Part shown: positions 52,046 to 64,000 of the stretch, piece by piece
Position numbering within the stretch: the first letter of the stretch is position 1
Layout: each line of letters starts with the position of its first letter
Assembly (NCBI GenBank): GCA_012295275.1
Contig: CM022678.1
Location: 5,890,001 to 5,954,000 of the forward strand
Direction of reading: 5' to 3'
Source: Chrysomallon squamiferum
Lineage: Eukaryota > Animalia > Mollusca
Length of the DNA: 64,000 nt
Notes under the pieces: generated by a model
Told to the model about the DNA's origin: nothing
What the model saw: only the letters and a program-made list of their open reading frames with translations
Database searches by the model: none
Translations under genes and position numbers: made by a program

Positions 52046-54294
52046 ATAGTCTAAATGTTTTCATGTTAATGTCTATTTCAACTGAATTTGTTCTGTTGGT
52101 GTCACATTAATACTTTTTTTTAATGGTCCATATGTTCTCAATGTTGAGTGTTTTTTTTTTAACAAGTAATTATTTGAACTATGTGATATTAGCTAATGTC
52201 GAATGTTTCAACTGCTGTACTTCATTATTTCAAACTAGTTCTGTTAATGTCCACATGCTCTGTAAATGTCAAATTTTCCAACCAGTGTGTACTTCACTTT
52301 TCAACTGCTTCTGTTAATTAATTAATATCCACATACTCGAGTTAATGTCGAAAGTTTCAACTGACAGTAATAACCAGATATTACTGTTAATGTCAGATTT
52401 CTCAGTCAACTGTAACATGATGCTGTTAATGTCCAATATGATCTGTTAACGTCAAATGTACATTATTTTAACGTGCAATACATTCCTAAGAATGTGCAAT
52501 TTGATTGTTAATGTACAGTATCTACGTACAGATGCTACATAATGTTTAGGTTTTGTTAATGTCTGTTGTGGTAGTCAATGTGTCCATTTGTTAATGTCGT
52601 AATTGTTTCAGCTGACAAGTCTAGGATAGATGATTCAATGTCATGTTTGTTAATGTCCAGAATCGATGTTCAGTATGTTTATGTTAATGTTCAGTGTTTT
52701 TTTCTTTTAATGTCTTTTGTTTGTTAATGTCCATTTCTTAATGTACACATTTTAATGACCATAGTTAATTTAAAAAAAAAAAAATAAATAAATAAATAAA
52801 ATAAAATAAATTAAAATGTATTGTAAATTATTGAAAAATAAATGTTAATTTCTAATTAGTTGTTCTAGTCAGTTGATTCCCATGGTGTTTTTTTTTTTTT
52901 ATTTTTTTTTTATTAATTTAAATATTTTAATTATTATTTTTTATTATTATTTTTTTTTTGGTTATTTTATAATCAGTTTGTACTTGTATGTGTCTGATAA
53001 CTTATTATTGTGGTGACATTAACAAATAATAATAATAATAATAATAATAATAATTAATAATTATTATTATTATTATTATTATTTTTTAAAAGAAATAAAT
53101 GCAACCAATTTTTTTCTGATAATAAAATACAACAAAACTAAATCATAAAATTCTGACAAGGTGTTATTTTCTATTTTTAACCATAAATGTAAACCAAACT
53201 TTTCTAATAATAAAGAATTTGAACATCAAAATATTATTTAAGCTGCCATTTTTCCTATCTTCTTCTATTTCTTTATTTTATTATTAGGGAGATGATTGTT
53301 GTAAATATTTTAGAAAAATGAAACAAAAAACAAACAAACAATCCAAAATTTAAATTCATTCATTTCTTTTTTATTAATTATCAGAAAACAGAAAATGTAT
53401 TATTTTGATAAATAACTTTATTTATTCTTCTTTTTTTTGTAAATATAGTTACATATTGTATCTATTTTTTTCAACATTAAATAATAATAATAATAATCAT
53501 AATTATAATAATTATAAAATAATTTAGTGTGTTAATTGCATAATAAAACATACATTTCACACATTTAACATAAAACATTCACTAGCACATTATTACATAG
53601 TAGCACTGGGATCTTTTGTTTTTATTTGATATCACAATTTTAACATTGTTGTACAATGTAGTACATTGTTATTATTTTTTTTTTTTATCTTGTTATACAT
53701 AAATTATAATACTGTTTTCCAAATTAACCTCATTACAAAATGTAATTCTCTCTATCTCTCTATATGTATATCTATATCTATGTATCAATATATATATATC
53801 TTATATAGTATTACATTTTTGGATTTGAATCCCCCCAAAATTATAATATAGGGTTAATATTTTACATTTTTATTGAAGATAAAAAAAGAAAGTATTAATT
53901 TATTTTGTTCAAAATTTTCTAAATTAAAATGCAGAATTTTAACATTAGAACAAAAAAATTAAAATAATGATGATGATTATCATGTATTTATTAACATTTC
54001 TTTAATGCAGATGAAGCGATTTACATAATTTATGTGTTGTAAATTTGTCACCCAGACTTGATCCGTCATTTTTCATATAAATTCATTGTCGGAAATAATT
54101 CACATATAAAAAGCTAAATATTTAACCAGCTTTTATTTAAAAAGTAGAAAAAAAAAAAAAAAATTATCTACCATTTTTAAACAAAATTGATGAACCAAAA
54201 TCAACAGGGAGATGATAATTAAAATTTTTAGAAAAATAATTTTAAAAAATTATATATTGTTAAGTATTAAGAAGCAAAGAAAGTAAAGACCCAT

Positions 54295-54332
<38 letters not shown>

Positions 54333-54738
54333 TAAATATGGTTTATAAAAAAAAAAAGAAAAAAAAAATCCACCAGCTTTTAAAATATTTGCCACACAAA
54401 TTAATGACTTAGAAATGAAGCCTAAAACCTTGCAGAACATATACCAACAATCACCAATAAAAAAAATGAGCCAAGATCGTATATATTTACAAACACACAA
54501 CCAAACTGGAAAAAAAGGTTAAAGAAATCTTTGCTAATAGAAAGAATTGGCTTACACCAACAAAATGAAATAAATACATAGTAACATCTTTAAAGCATTA
54601 GACAGACAGACAGACAGACAGACACACACAAACACAAACACAAACACAAACACATATTCTCATACATATATATTTGGAATAATTAAGTAATTCTTGAGCT
54701 TAATTATATTCATGCACTCTTGCATGAATATAATTACA

Positions 54739-54775
<37 letters not shown>

Positions 54776-55425
54776 GCCGCGCGCACTTAGATTAAAAATG
54801 AAAAAGTAACTGTTAGGAGTTATGAAGCACTTAATAAAACTTTAGTAAACTGGAAATCATTAAAGCATTCATATTTACAAAACCAAAATATATACATATA
54901 GTTTTAAACTCTTTCTGTATTGATATTTCAGTTAAATTAGGTCAGAATTTGAAACTCTGAAAAATGAAAACAAACATAATAATACCAAGTATGAAAACCC
55001 AAACACAAATTAATTTAAATACAACTAGTATTACTACTACTACTACTAATAATGATAATAATAATAATAATAATAATAGTAATAACAATAGCAGTAGTAG
55101 TAGTAGTAATAATAATAATAATGGTATTTGTCACATTTAGCGAAAAGAAAAGAAAACCGAATTTCTTTTTTTTTTTTCTGTCTGCTAAAATAAAGTAAGT
55201 CTACAGTATAATCAGTATCACCAAGTTGGTTTCATTTGAGTCATGTACATTTTGGAAATTTACCTTTAAAAGTTATATCAAAAAAAAAAAAAAAAATAAA
55301 AAAATTATTATTTGACATTTTTTTTATAAAAGAACAATTATTTCAACATTTGAAAAATCAACAAAAAGTAAAAAAAATTAAATAAAATAAAGTAGGTCAA
55401 AACAAATTTAAATTTATATATATAT

Positions 55426-55468
<43 letters not shown>

Positions 55469-55653
55469 TATATATAGTGAACAAATGAAAAATATAAACA
55501 TTAATAAACAACCAAAAAAAAAACTCTCCCCTCAAAAAAAATATAGATTAAAATTTAAAAAAAAAAAAAAACAAATAAAAAAAATACTGGAACTTATGTC
55601 AAGGAAATCTCCATTTTTCTGTTACTAAATACATTATTTATGTAAAAACAGTT

Positions 55654-56611
55654 TCATTGCCTCTGATACGAAAAATACGAAAACTGCTTGGCTTCATGAG
55701 GTCTGGAATTAAAATAACCTCTGACTGGATTTCCTCTATTTTGATAGTAATATACATTGTCACCGGCATAGAAGTTATTTTGAAAGCTCTGACCGCGTAT
55801 ATTTCCACCATAACCTCTGGCAGCACCCCCTCTGTAACCTCCTCTGTCGTCATGTGACTGATAAGCTGCTTGGTGGTAAATTCCTCCTCGAGAATAGGCA
55901 GCACCGCGGCCGTATCCGCCATTACTTTTCATAGCACTGTAGCTATTTCCACCGTAAGGTCGCGAGGCACCCATGTTGCTTCTGTTGGAATCGGAGTTCG
56001 CGTGGCTGTTGCTGTTGCTGTTGCTGTTGACATCGTACGGACTGCTCCAGGCAAATCCCGACCTGCTGCCAGCATTTGGCGAGGAAACAACATCGTCGTC
56101 GACATCGTTCATTTCGTCGGCCCAGCTTTTCACTGGAGTTGGAGCTGTCGGTGACGATGCTGGTGCTGGTGATGGCGATGTTGATGATGACGATGATGAC
56201 GTTGGTGGTGGTTGTGGTTGTGGTGGTGGTGGTGGTTTATATGCCCAGTTCTGCCGCCCCGTTTCGGCGTTGCCGCAGAAACCGGAGCCTCTTGGGGCAT
56301 AGTACCCACAGAAGCCACCACGTACTCTCGGCGGCCTGTTGCCGTAGAAACCACGCGATCTGGGGGGTCTGAATCCCCTGGGTGCCTGGAATCGGTGTCT
56401 GTAGTCTGGGGCTGAGTTGAATGTTCTGGAATTTTCCGTCTCGGGTCCCAACCTGTCTTCAGTTTTCTTTCCTGCTTGCCCCTTGCTGGTGGAGGGGTCG
56501 TCGTCGGGTGACCCCGAGGTCGCCGAGGTCAGGTCACACCAAAACGAATTCTTTGATGCAAACTGGAGCAGTTCCTCGTTATCCGATATGTCATCGAGTT
56601 CATCAAGACGG
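55654..56611 (-). CDS. Uncharacterised protein, terminal exon (RG/RGG and G/Y/N low-complexity tail)
   Basis: TTTAACAG acceptor, phase 2; GC-rich open frame to TGA at 55654-55656. Contains RGF/RGG repeats and VKSWADEM. Confidence 0.85.
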
Positions 56612-56614
56612 CTG

Positions 56615-56893
56615 TTAAATAATAATATAATAATTATAACAACAACAACAACAATAATTATAACAATAATAATAATAATAATAGTAATAACAACAACAAC
56701 AACAACAATAATAATAGTAATAATAATAATAATAATAGTAATAACAACAATAATAACAATAATAATAATAGTAATAACAACAAGAACAATAATAATAGTA
56801 ACAACAACAATAATAGTAATAGTAATAATAAGAATAGTAATAATAGTAATTATTAATATTAATATTAATAATAATAATAATATTAATAATAAC

Positions 56894-56925
<32 letters not shown>

Positions 56926-57005
56926 TAATTATAATAATAATAATACTAACTGATAATTGTAATAATAATAATAGTAATAATTGTAATAATAATTATAAAA
57001 ATAAC
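56615..57005. repeat. (AAT/AAC/AGT)n microsatellite
   Basis: Direct inspection; abuts the terminal-exon acceptor. Confidence 0.95.
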
Positions 57006-57077
57006 TAATGATGATGACAATGATGATAACAACAATAAGAATGATGATGATCATCACACACACACAGAAATACTAAC

Positions 57078-57138
57078 CTTGAAGAGTTGCTTAACTGATT
57101 ATTCATTTCATTGGGTGTTGAGAAGTTTTCATTTGTTT
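57078..57138 (-). CDS. Uncharacterised protein exon
   Basis: TTTTCAG acceptor and AG|GTTAGT donor; phase 1->2. Encodes KTNENFSTPNEMNNQLSNSS. Confidence 0.75.
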
Positions 57139-57459
57139 CTGAAAAGTAAAATAAATCAGTTTCTGTTAAATAAATAAAATGTTTGTTCAACAACACAGAA
57201 ACACAATTTTAAAACAGTATTAATAATAATAACAATAATAATAATAACAATGATAATAATAATAATAATAATAATGATACTACTACTAATAATAATAATA
57301 GTAATAATGATAACAACAACAACAACAACAACAATAAAAATTTTAAAAACAATTTTTTGTCAAGAATTACCTGAAAAAAATGTCTAAAACAAAAATATCT
57401 TTTTTTTCTAAAATGATGCCTGAATATCCTAAAACAGTAATAGATTTAGGTTATCCTAG

Positions 57460-57746
57460 TATTTATTATGTTCATTTATTCATTTATTTATTTATTTATT
57501 ATGTTCATTTATTTATTTATTTATTATGTTCATTTATTTATTTATTTATTTATTATGTTCATTTATTTATTTATTTATTTATTTATTATGTTCATTTATT
57601 TATTTATTTATTTATTTATTATGTTTATTTATTTATTTATTTATTTATTTTATTTTATTTATTATGTTCATTTATTTATTTATTTATTTATTTATTATGT
57701 TTATTTATTATGTTCATTTATTTATTTATTTATTTATTATGTTCAT

Positions 57747-57777
<31 letters not shown>

Positions 57778-57786
57778 TTTGTTTGT

Positions 57787-57817
<31 letters not shown>

Positions 57818-58020
57818 TGTTCATTTATTTATTTATTTATTTATTTATTATGTTCATTTATTTATTTATTTATTTACATATTTATTTATCTTACTTGTTT
57901 CCAATTTATTTATTTATTTATTTATTTATTTATTATGTTCATTTATTTATTTATTTATTTATTTATTATGTTTATTCATTTATTCATTTATTCATTCATT
58001 CATTCATTTATTTATTTATC
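57460..58020. repeat. (TTTA)n microsatellite with periodic TTATGTTCA interruptions
   Basis: Direct inspection. Confidence 0.95.
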
Positions 58021-58024
58021 TTAC

Positions 58025-58106
58025 TTGTTTCCAACAAAACATTACTCTCAGGATCCAGCTCTGCAAGCACACTGAAAGAATTTCCAGTCGGTCGAACTAA
58101 CTTCTT
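58025..58106 (-). CDS. Uncharacterised protein exon
   Basis: TTTACAG acceptor and A|GTAAGA donor; phase 0->1. Encodes KKLVRPTGNSFSVLAELDPESNVLLET. Confidence 0.75.
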
Positions 58107-58136
58107 CTGTAAATGAAAGAAGTAGTAATTAATTAA

Positions 58137-58182
<46 letters not shown>

Positions 58183-58370
58183 GTGTGTGTATATGCATGT
58201 ACATTATGCATGTTTGTGTGTGCATATGTATACTGACTGACTGACAGATTGCTGTATAATTTCTCCTTCTTTCTTTCTTTTGGCCTCTCTCCAAGTTTAA
58301 TATATATATATATATATAAACACACATGGTTTGATGCAATAATTAATAACAAAAATAAATATATACTCAC

Positions 58371-58389
58371 ATTTATCTTCTTGTTCAAC
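58371..58389 (-). CDS. 19-nt microexon of the uncharacterised protein
   Basis: TTTATTCAG|GTTGAACAAGAAGATAAAT|GTGAGT; phase 2->0, exactly what is needed to join the flanking exons in frame. Confidence 0.7.
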
Positions 58390-58623
58390 CTGAATAAATA
58401 AATAAATAAAAAATAAATAAATAAATAAATAAAATAAATAAATAGTTTTAAACCTGAAATATTGCAAATCAATCTGATATTTTTATGATATTAACCCAGT
58501 TATAAATAAACAAATATTTTTTCAAAACACACACACACACACACACACACACAAAACACATACATAAATACAGACATACATAACACACACTCACAAACCT
58601 ATCACATCACATACTGCATTACG

Positions 58624-58666
<43 letters not shown>

Positions 58667-58841
58667 TCATAAACACATACATATATACAGACATACATAA
58701 GACACACACACAAACCTATCACATCACATACTGATTTACAAACACACACACACACACACACAGAGAAATGAAAACTACATCGTATCTGACAAAACTCTAT
58801 TTCAACTCTACACTTGTTTATTGTTGTTATGACAACCGTAC

Positions 58842-58930
58842 TTTGACGCATTCTGTTGCTGTTTCTGCAGCTTCTCCAGTTGTTCTTTCTCCAGTGCCTT
58901 CTTTCTCTCCAATTCTCTTCTTTCCATCTC
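58842..58930 (-). CDS. Uncharacterised protein exon (coiled coil)
   Basis: TTTTGTTTAG acceptor and AA|GTACGG donor; phase 0->2. Encodes EMERRELERKKALEKEQLEKLQKQQQNAS. Confidence 0.75.
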
Positions 58931-59602
58931 CTAAACAAAATGGACAACATACAGTACTGCTCTGCATAAATCATTTTGTACAAATTAGATTAATTATTGT
59001 GAGCAGACCACATATCACGTTCCAACCCTTCTTTTTGTAATAGTTTTTATTTTTTTTTGTTAAATACTGTAAACATATACTGTCTAATTTTTGTAACAAA
59101 GTTTGTCAAAGACTAATGTTTTCATAACATCTCTATTTTGTTTCACTTTACTTTTACTTGTACTTTCAGTTTCACTTTAATGAACAAAGCCAAACCTAAA
59201 AGGAAAAGCAAAACTAAATCCTTGAAACTGAAATCAAACCGTAATACACCATTTATTTTATTCTGATTACCTTATTTTATTTTATTTAACTTACCTTATT
59301 TTATTTTATTTTATTCTATTTACCTTATTTTATTTTATTTTATTTTATTTTATTCTATTTAACTTACCTTATTTTATTTTATTTTATTTTTTTTATTTTT
59401 TTTTATTTAACTTACCTTATTTAATTTTATTTATTCATTTCGTTTCCTTTCTTTTCTTTTCATTTCATTTCATTATAATTTTTTTTAATTTAATTTCTTT
59501 TTTATTTTTTTTTTTTTATTTCATTTCATTTTCACTTTATTTACACACACACATCGCTATTAGCAACGGCGCCATTAAACTGTCTCTTTTTTTATTTTCT
59601 AC

Positions 59603-59869
59603 CTCCTGTTCTTCTGCTCTTCTTCTCTCCTCTTCTTCTTCCTTTCTTCTCCTTTCTTCTTCCTCATTCCTCCGATTTTCTTCCTCCTCCTTTCTCCTCT
59701 CTTCTTCTTCTTCTCTTTGTCTTTTCTCCTCTTCTTCCCTCTGTTGTTCCTCCTCTTCGCGACGTTTTTTCTCCTCTGCCTGACGTCTTTCTTGCTCCTT
59801 TTTCTGAGCCATCTTCTGTGCTCTAATTTCCTCCTCCCTCTCGATGTCCTTCCTTATCTCCCTCATCTC
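59603..59869 (-). CDS. Uncharacterised protein exon, E/R/K-rich single-alpha-helix or coiled coil
   Basis: GTGTTCAG acceptor and GAG|GTAGAA donor; phase 0->0. Reads EMREIRKDIEREEEIRAQK...RRRAEEQE. Confidence 0.8.
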
Positions 59870-61311
59870 CTGAACACAACAACAAATATTATGCATATTA
59901 CAAATATTATTCAGAAACGCTACATCACAACTGTAATCGAAACATTTGTGGAAAACTTAATATATATATATATATAAAAAAAAAATTATTTAGGTTTAAA
60001 TTAAAAGGTAAAAATGTGTCATCAATCTCAAAGAAGAACATCTTTTTGACGATCCCAGACTCAAGAGTGGAATATATATAAGTGGAGTTTTAACAGAATC
60101 TCCAACATGTTCTATCCTATTTTTAAATGATCCTGAATGCTTTTGGAAGAATGTTTTTTTTTTCTCTTTCTTCTGCCTGTAAATATCACTTCTGTTACGA
60201 CTGGTGATTCGATCTGCTGATTCGATCTGCTGAATCAACAGAAAAGCCTGGGAATTGTGGCATTTTGATTATCACTTCCAGACTATGAACGATCAGACAA
60301 CAAATGTCTAGTGTCAAGATTTGAACCACACTGACGAACACAAGCACCCCCCCCTTTTCTTTTTAATAAAAGAACAGAGATTTTTTTTTCTGGGTTAGGG
60401 GAGAACTTTTGAACAATTCCTGATGCCTTTGTAATGTCTACTTCTACCAATATTTTGCCAATAGACAGCAGTAACCTGTTCGAACACGAACAGTTTTATT
60501 TTATCATATACAGTTAAAGATGTGGTGCCTCGGCAGATTTATAATTGCTTACATCTTCGGAATACCAAACATTTATTTATTGACGTGAGCAGTCTACAGG
60601 TTTTCTTTGATCTGCTGGATGCTGGTCATTTGAAGATTAAAAATGCATCTGAGAAAACTGAGTATTTTCAAACAGAACGGCACATACCAGGCCTCACGTT
60701 TATTAATTATGGGATCTGTCCAGAACGGGATATCGTCCAAAAAACAAAGTAGAAGTTTGATTGTGGAAATATTAGAAATATTAATCACTGATTAATAACC
60801 TGTGCTGCTGTCTTTCTGTCTCTATGTTTGTGTGTGTGTCTGTGTGTGCATTTATATTCTAATAACAAAAGAAAAGAAAGAAAGAAAGGAAAAAAAGAAC
60901 GAAAGCATGTAAGGAAGAGAGAAACAAAGAAACAAACAAAAGAAAAATTATACTTTTTCTCTTTTTCTCTCTTCTGCCAAAATTTTCTTTTTCTTTTCTT
61001 TAGTCTGAAAAACATGAAAAAAAAAAAATGCTGATGTTGTTGGTGCGTAATTGTAAATACAAAACTAAGTGATATGCAGAAATTAAATAAACATGTTCCA
61101 GCTTCCAGTTTGGCTTTATTGAATAATATCATAATAAAAAAACTGAACAGACAATATATGTCTTAGCTAAAAATATTTTTAAAAAAAACAGCCAACACTG
61201 TGAAAAATAAATTAATGAAAAATATATTTCAGACCACTCTAATAATAAATTTAAAAAAATGAAGTAATATAAAACACCAGGATGTTTATATCAATATGGT
61301 TACTCTTAAAA

Positions 61312-61341
61312 GATAATAATAATAAATAAATAAATAAATAA

Positions 61342-61379
<38 letters not shown>

Positions 61380-61667
61380 GCAATAGCTTTAACAATAATG
61401 GTGGTAATAGAGACAATAATAATAATAATAATAATAATAACAACAAATAATAATAATAATAATAATAATAAGCAATAGAAAGAAAAATAATGGTGGTAAT
61501 AGAATCACAAATAATAATAAAAAACAAATAACAAAACAAATAAATTAACAACAACAATAATAATAATAACAACATGAATAAGAAAGAAAGAAAAATAACC
61601 CAAACTTCAATCATAAAAATATTATTTAAAAGAAAATATTATAATAATAATTAAATAAATTAGTAAA

Positions 61668-61723
<56 letters not shown>

Positions 61724-61779
61724 TAAAATATAATAATAATAAAAAAAATAACAGTAAATAATAATAATAATAGTAAATG

Positions 61780-61812
<33 letters not shown>

Positions 61813-61965
61813 GTAATAACAATAATAATAATAATAATAATAGCAATAGAAATAATAATATAATAATAATAATAGTAGTAGTAGTAGTAATAATAATAAT
61901 AATAATAGTAGTAATAATAAATAATAATAAAAATAATAATAAAATAATAATAATAATAGTAAATG

Positions 61966-62055
<90 letters not shown>

Positions 62056-62079
62056 GTAGTAATAATAATAGTAGTAGTA

Positions 62080-62143
<64 letters not shown>

Positions 62144-62160
62144 TAAAAATAACAGTTATA
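61312..62160. repeat. (AAT)n-rich microsatellite region
   Basis: Direct inspection. Confidence 0.93.
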
Positions 62161-62173
62161 TAATCTAACTCAC

Positions 62174-62496
62174 TCTTTCAGAAGAGGCAATTTTTTCTGC
62201 CACACTTTTCCTTCCCGTGCCAGTCTTCGCATCTTTCAGTTTCTGTTTCGTACCACCAGTCTCGGCATCATTCTTCACGTCCCCGGAGTTATCTTCCCTG
62301 TTGTCACTGCTCCTGCTACGCTCTGATTGGTCAGGAACGTGGCCGCCATTTTCCTGATCACTGCTTCCATGCGACAAGTTGGTTTTCTCTTGGTTTTTGT
62401 TCTCGTCTTTCTTGTTCTGTTCTTGAAACAGATACTCTTTCGCGTCTGCTTCTTGTTTCTTTTCTTTCCCACCAGTTCCTCCATATACTCTCTCAT
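62174..62496 (-). CDS. Uncharacterised coiled-coil/RGG protein exon
   Basis: TTTTGTAG acceptor and AGA|GTGAGT donor; phase 1->0; open hydrophilic frame DERVYGGTGG...IASSER. Confidence 0.8.
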
Positions 62497-62844
62497 CTAC
62501 AAAATATTTACTTGTAATAATAATAATAATTTACAAAAAAAAAAAAAAAAAAAAAAAATATAAAAAGAAATACGATATTTAAACACTTTTGTTTAAATAT
62601 GAAGCAGCTGAAAATATTATTTTCGTAATATTATAATTTATACAATCTCCATTGCTTAACAAGATATGAATAAAAAAAAATAAAAAAAATTAAAATTAAA
62701 AAATCAATAAAATAAATCAACTGGTTGCTACTGGTAACTGCTCAGATGGATAACTAAATAATGATAATAATAAAAATAATAATGATGATGATGATGATGA
62801 GGATGATGAGGATGACGATAAGAGCAAAAAGAATAAATTTTAAC

Positions 62845-63135
62845 CATTTTTAGCTTGTTGTCTCTTCTCTTCGTATCGCTTCCTTTTTTCTTTTCTCTTC
62901 TGTTTCTTTGCGTTGATGTTGATGTTGTTGTTGTCGCTGGCTGTGTTGTACTGCTTCGACCCCCAAGACCGATATTCAAAGTCACTGTCGGAGCTGTCGG
63001 AGCTGTCATAGATGTTAAACGCCGATGCGCGGTTTGGCCTTCGTGGCACAAACATTTCCGACGGATGGAAAAATGAAAATGGATGGAACACTCCAGCAGG
63101 ATGAAACACTCTTGTTGGGCGAAAGATTCTTTGAC
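62845..63135 (-). CDS. Uncharacterised coiled-coil/RGG protein, most 5' exon visible (in-frame ATG at 63055; true start may be upstream)
   Basis: CTTACTTCAG acceptor and G|GTTAAA donor; phase 1->1. Reads ...MFVPRRPNRASAFNIYDSSDSSDSDFEY...KKQKRKEKRKRYEEKRQQAKN. Confidence 0.7.
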
Positions 63136-63237
63136 CTGAAGTAAGATAAAAAAAAATAAAATAAAAAAAACGTTTTACTGAAAAACAAAACCATGTCAAC
63201 TCTTTGGAAACACTTCAGTAGGTCTGGTAGACCGAAG

Positions 63238-63670
63238 AAGTACAAGTACTCATGTCCTGGTTTTATGGTACAACAAAGAAGTACATTTACTTCATGTCCT
63301 GGTTTTATGGTACAACAAAGAAGTAGATATACTCCATGTCTCTGGTTTTATGGTACAACAAAGAAGTACATGTATCTCATGTCCTGGTTTTATGGTACAA
63401 GAAAGAAGTACATTTACTCCATGTCTCTGGTTTTATGGTACAACAAAGAAGTACATGTACTCCATGTCTCTGGTTTTATGGTACAACAAAGAAGTACATA
63501 TACTCCATGTCTCTGGTTTTATGGTACAACAAAGAAGTACATGTATCTCATGTCCTGGTTTTATGATACAACAAAGAAGTACATTTACTTCACATCCTGG
63601 TGTTATGGTACAACTAATAAGTACATGTACTTCATGTCCTGGTTATATGGTACTCCTATGAAGTACCCAT
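63238..63670. repeat. 42-43-bp minisatellite (CATGTCCTGGTTTTATGGTACAACAAAGAAGTACAT...)
   Basis: About 10 copies; source of ORFs 63193, 63336 and 63350. Confidence 0.95.
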
Positions 63671-64000
63671 ATATACATCTTGATACATATTGCACAGGGA
63701 AGAGCTCAAGATTTCAATCATTTTGATGTAGACTTTACTACACAGGAAGGCCACACAGACACACAATCACACATCAGCCAATAAACAGAGTTCCTACCAT
63801 GAAATCTTCCTGGTTTTGTGTTCATTTAAAAACACCAGAGTCCTACAGGTTAATACTAACAAATATCTGGAGTGAATCATTCATTTTTTCCATAAACAGG
63901 ACAGCACATGTCGTAGACTTTGACTAACCAGGTATTTTCCCGAATTGAAACAAAAATTTGCTGGTTCATTTCGAAAAAAATGAGTTAAAATTATAAAGTT

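Noticed and set aside
60553-60648. Exon-like segment on the minus strand (TTTCTCAG...GAT|GTAAGC) in a gene-4 intron
   Set aside because: Stops in all three frames, and the flanking exons already join in phase; a poison exon cannot be supported without RNA data.
63193-63726. 177-aa Cys/Tyr-rich ORF and overlapping ORFs
   Set aside because: Generated by the 42-43-bp minisatellite.
63929-63960. Candidate upstream exon of gene 4 ending CCTG|GTTAGT
   Set aside because: The donor lies in a SINE-like fragment and the acceptor is weak.

Overview
AT-rich, microsatellite-dense, intron-containing animal genomic DNA. The repeat landscape suggests a mollusc, probably a gastropod (inference only). Four spliced protein-coding genes were reconstructed by hand from GT-AG sites and exon phases. 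(1) 6139-14542 (-): a ~820-aa single-pass, tyrosine-motif-rich transmembrane adaptor with PAG1/Cbp-like hallmarks. (2) 21588-28624 (-): an LRRC14/PRAME-family LRR protein with one corrupted exon. (3) 31024-41889 (+): sorting nexin SNX19 (TM-PXA-PX-PXC, no RGS), ~975 aa once a 1-nt frameshift at 32560-32568 is corrected. (4) 55654-63135 (-): an uncharacterised coiled-coil, RG/RGG-tailed protein with a 19-nt microexon; its 5' end may lie outside the window. Most other ORFs in the track are microsatellite or antisense artefacts. The most unusual structural pattern is that several intronic tandem arrays are built from copies of the adjacent exon-intron junction, which creates strings of candidate recursive splice sites and cryptic or poison microexons. 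Three of the four genes show frame defects, so consensus-sequence errors are a real possibility.
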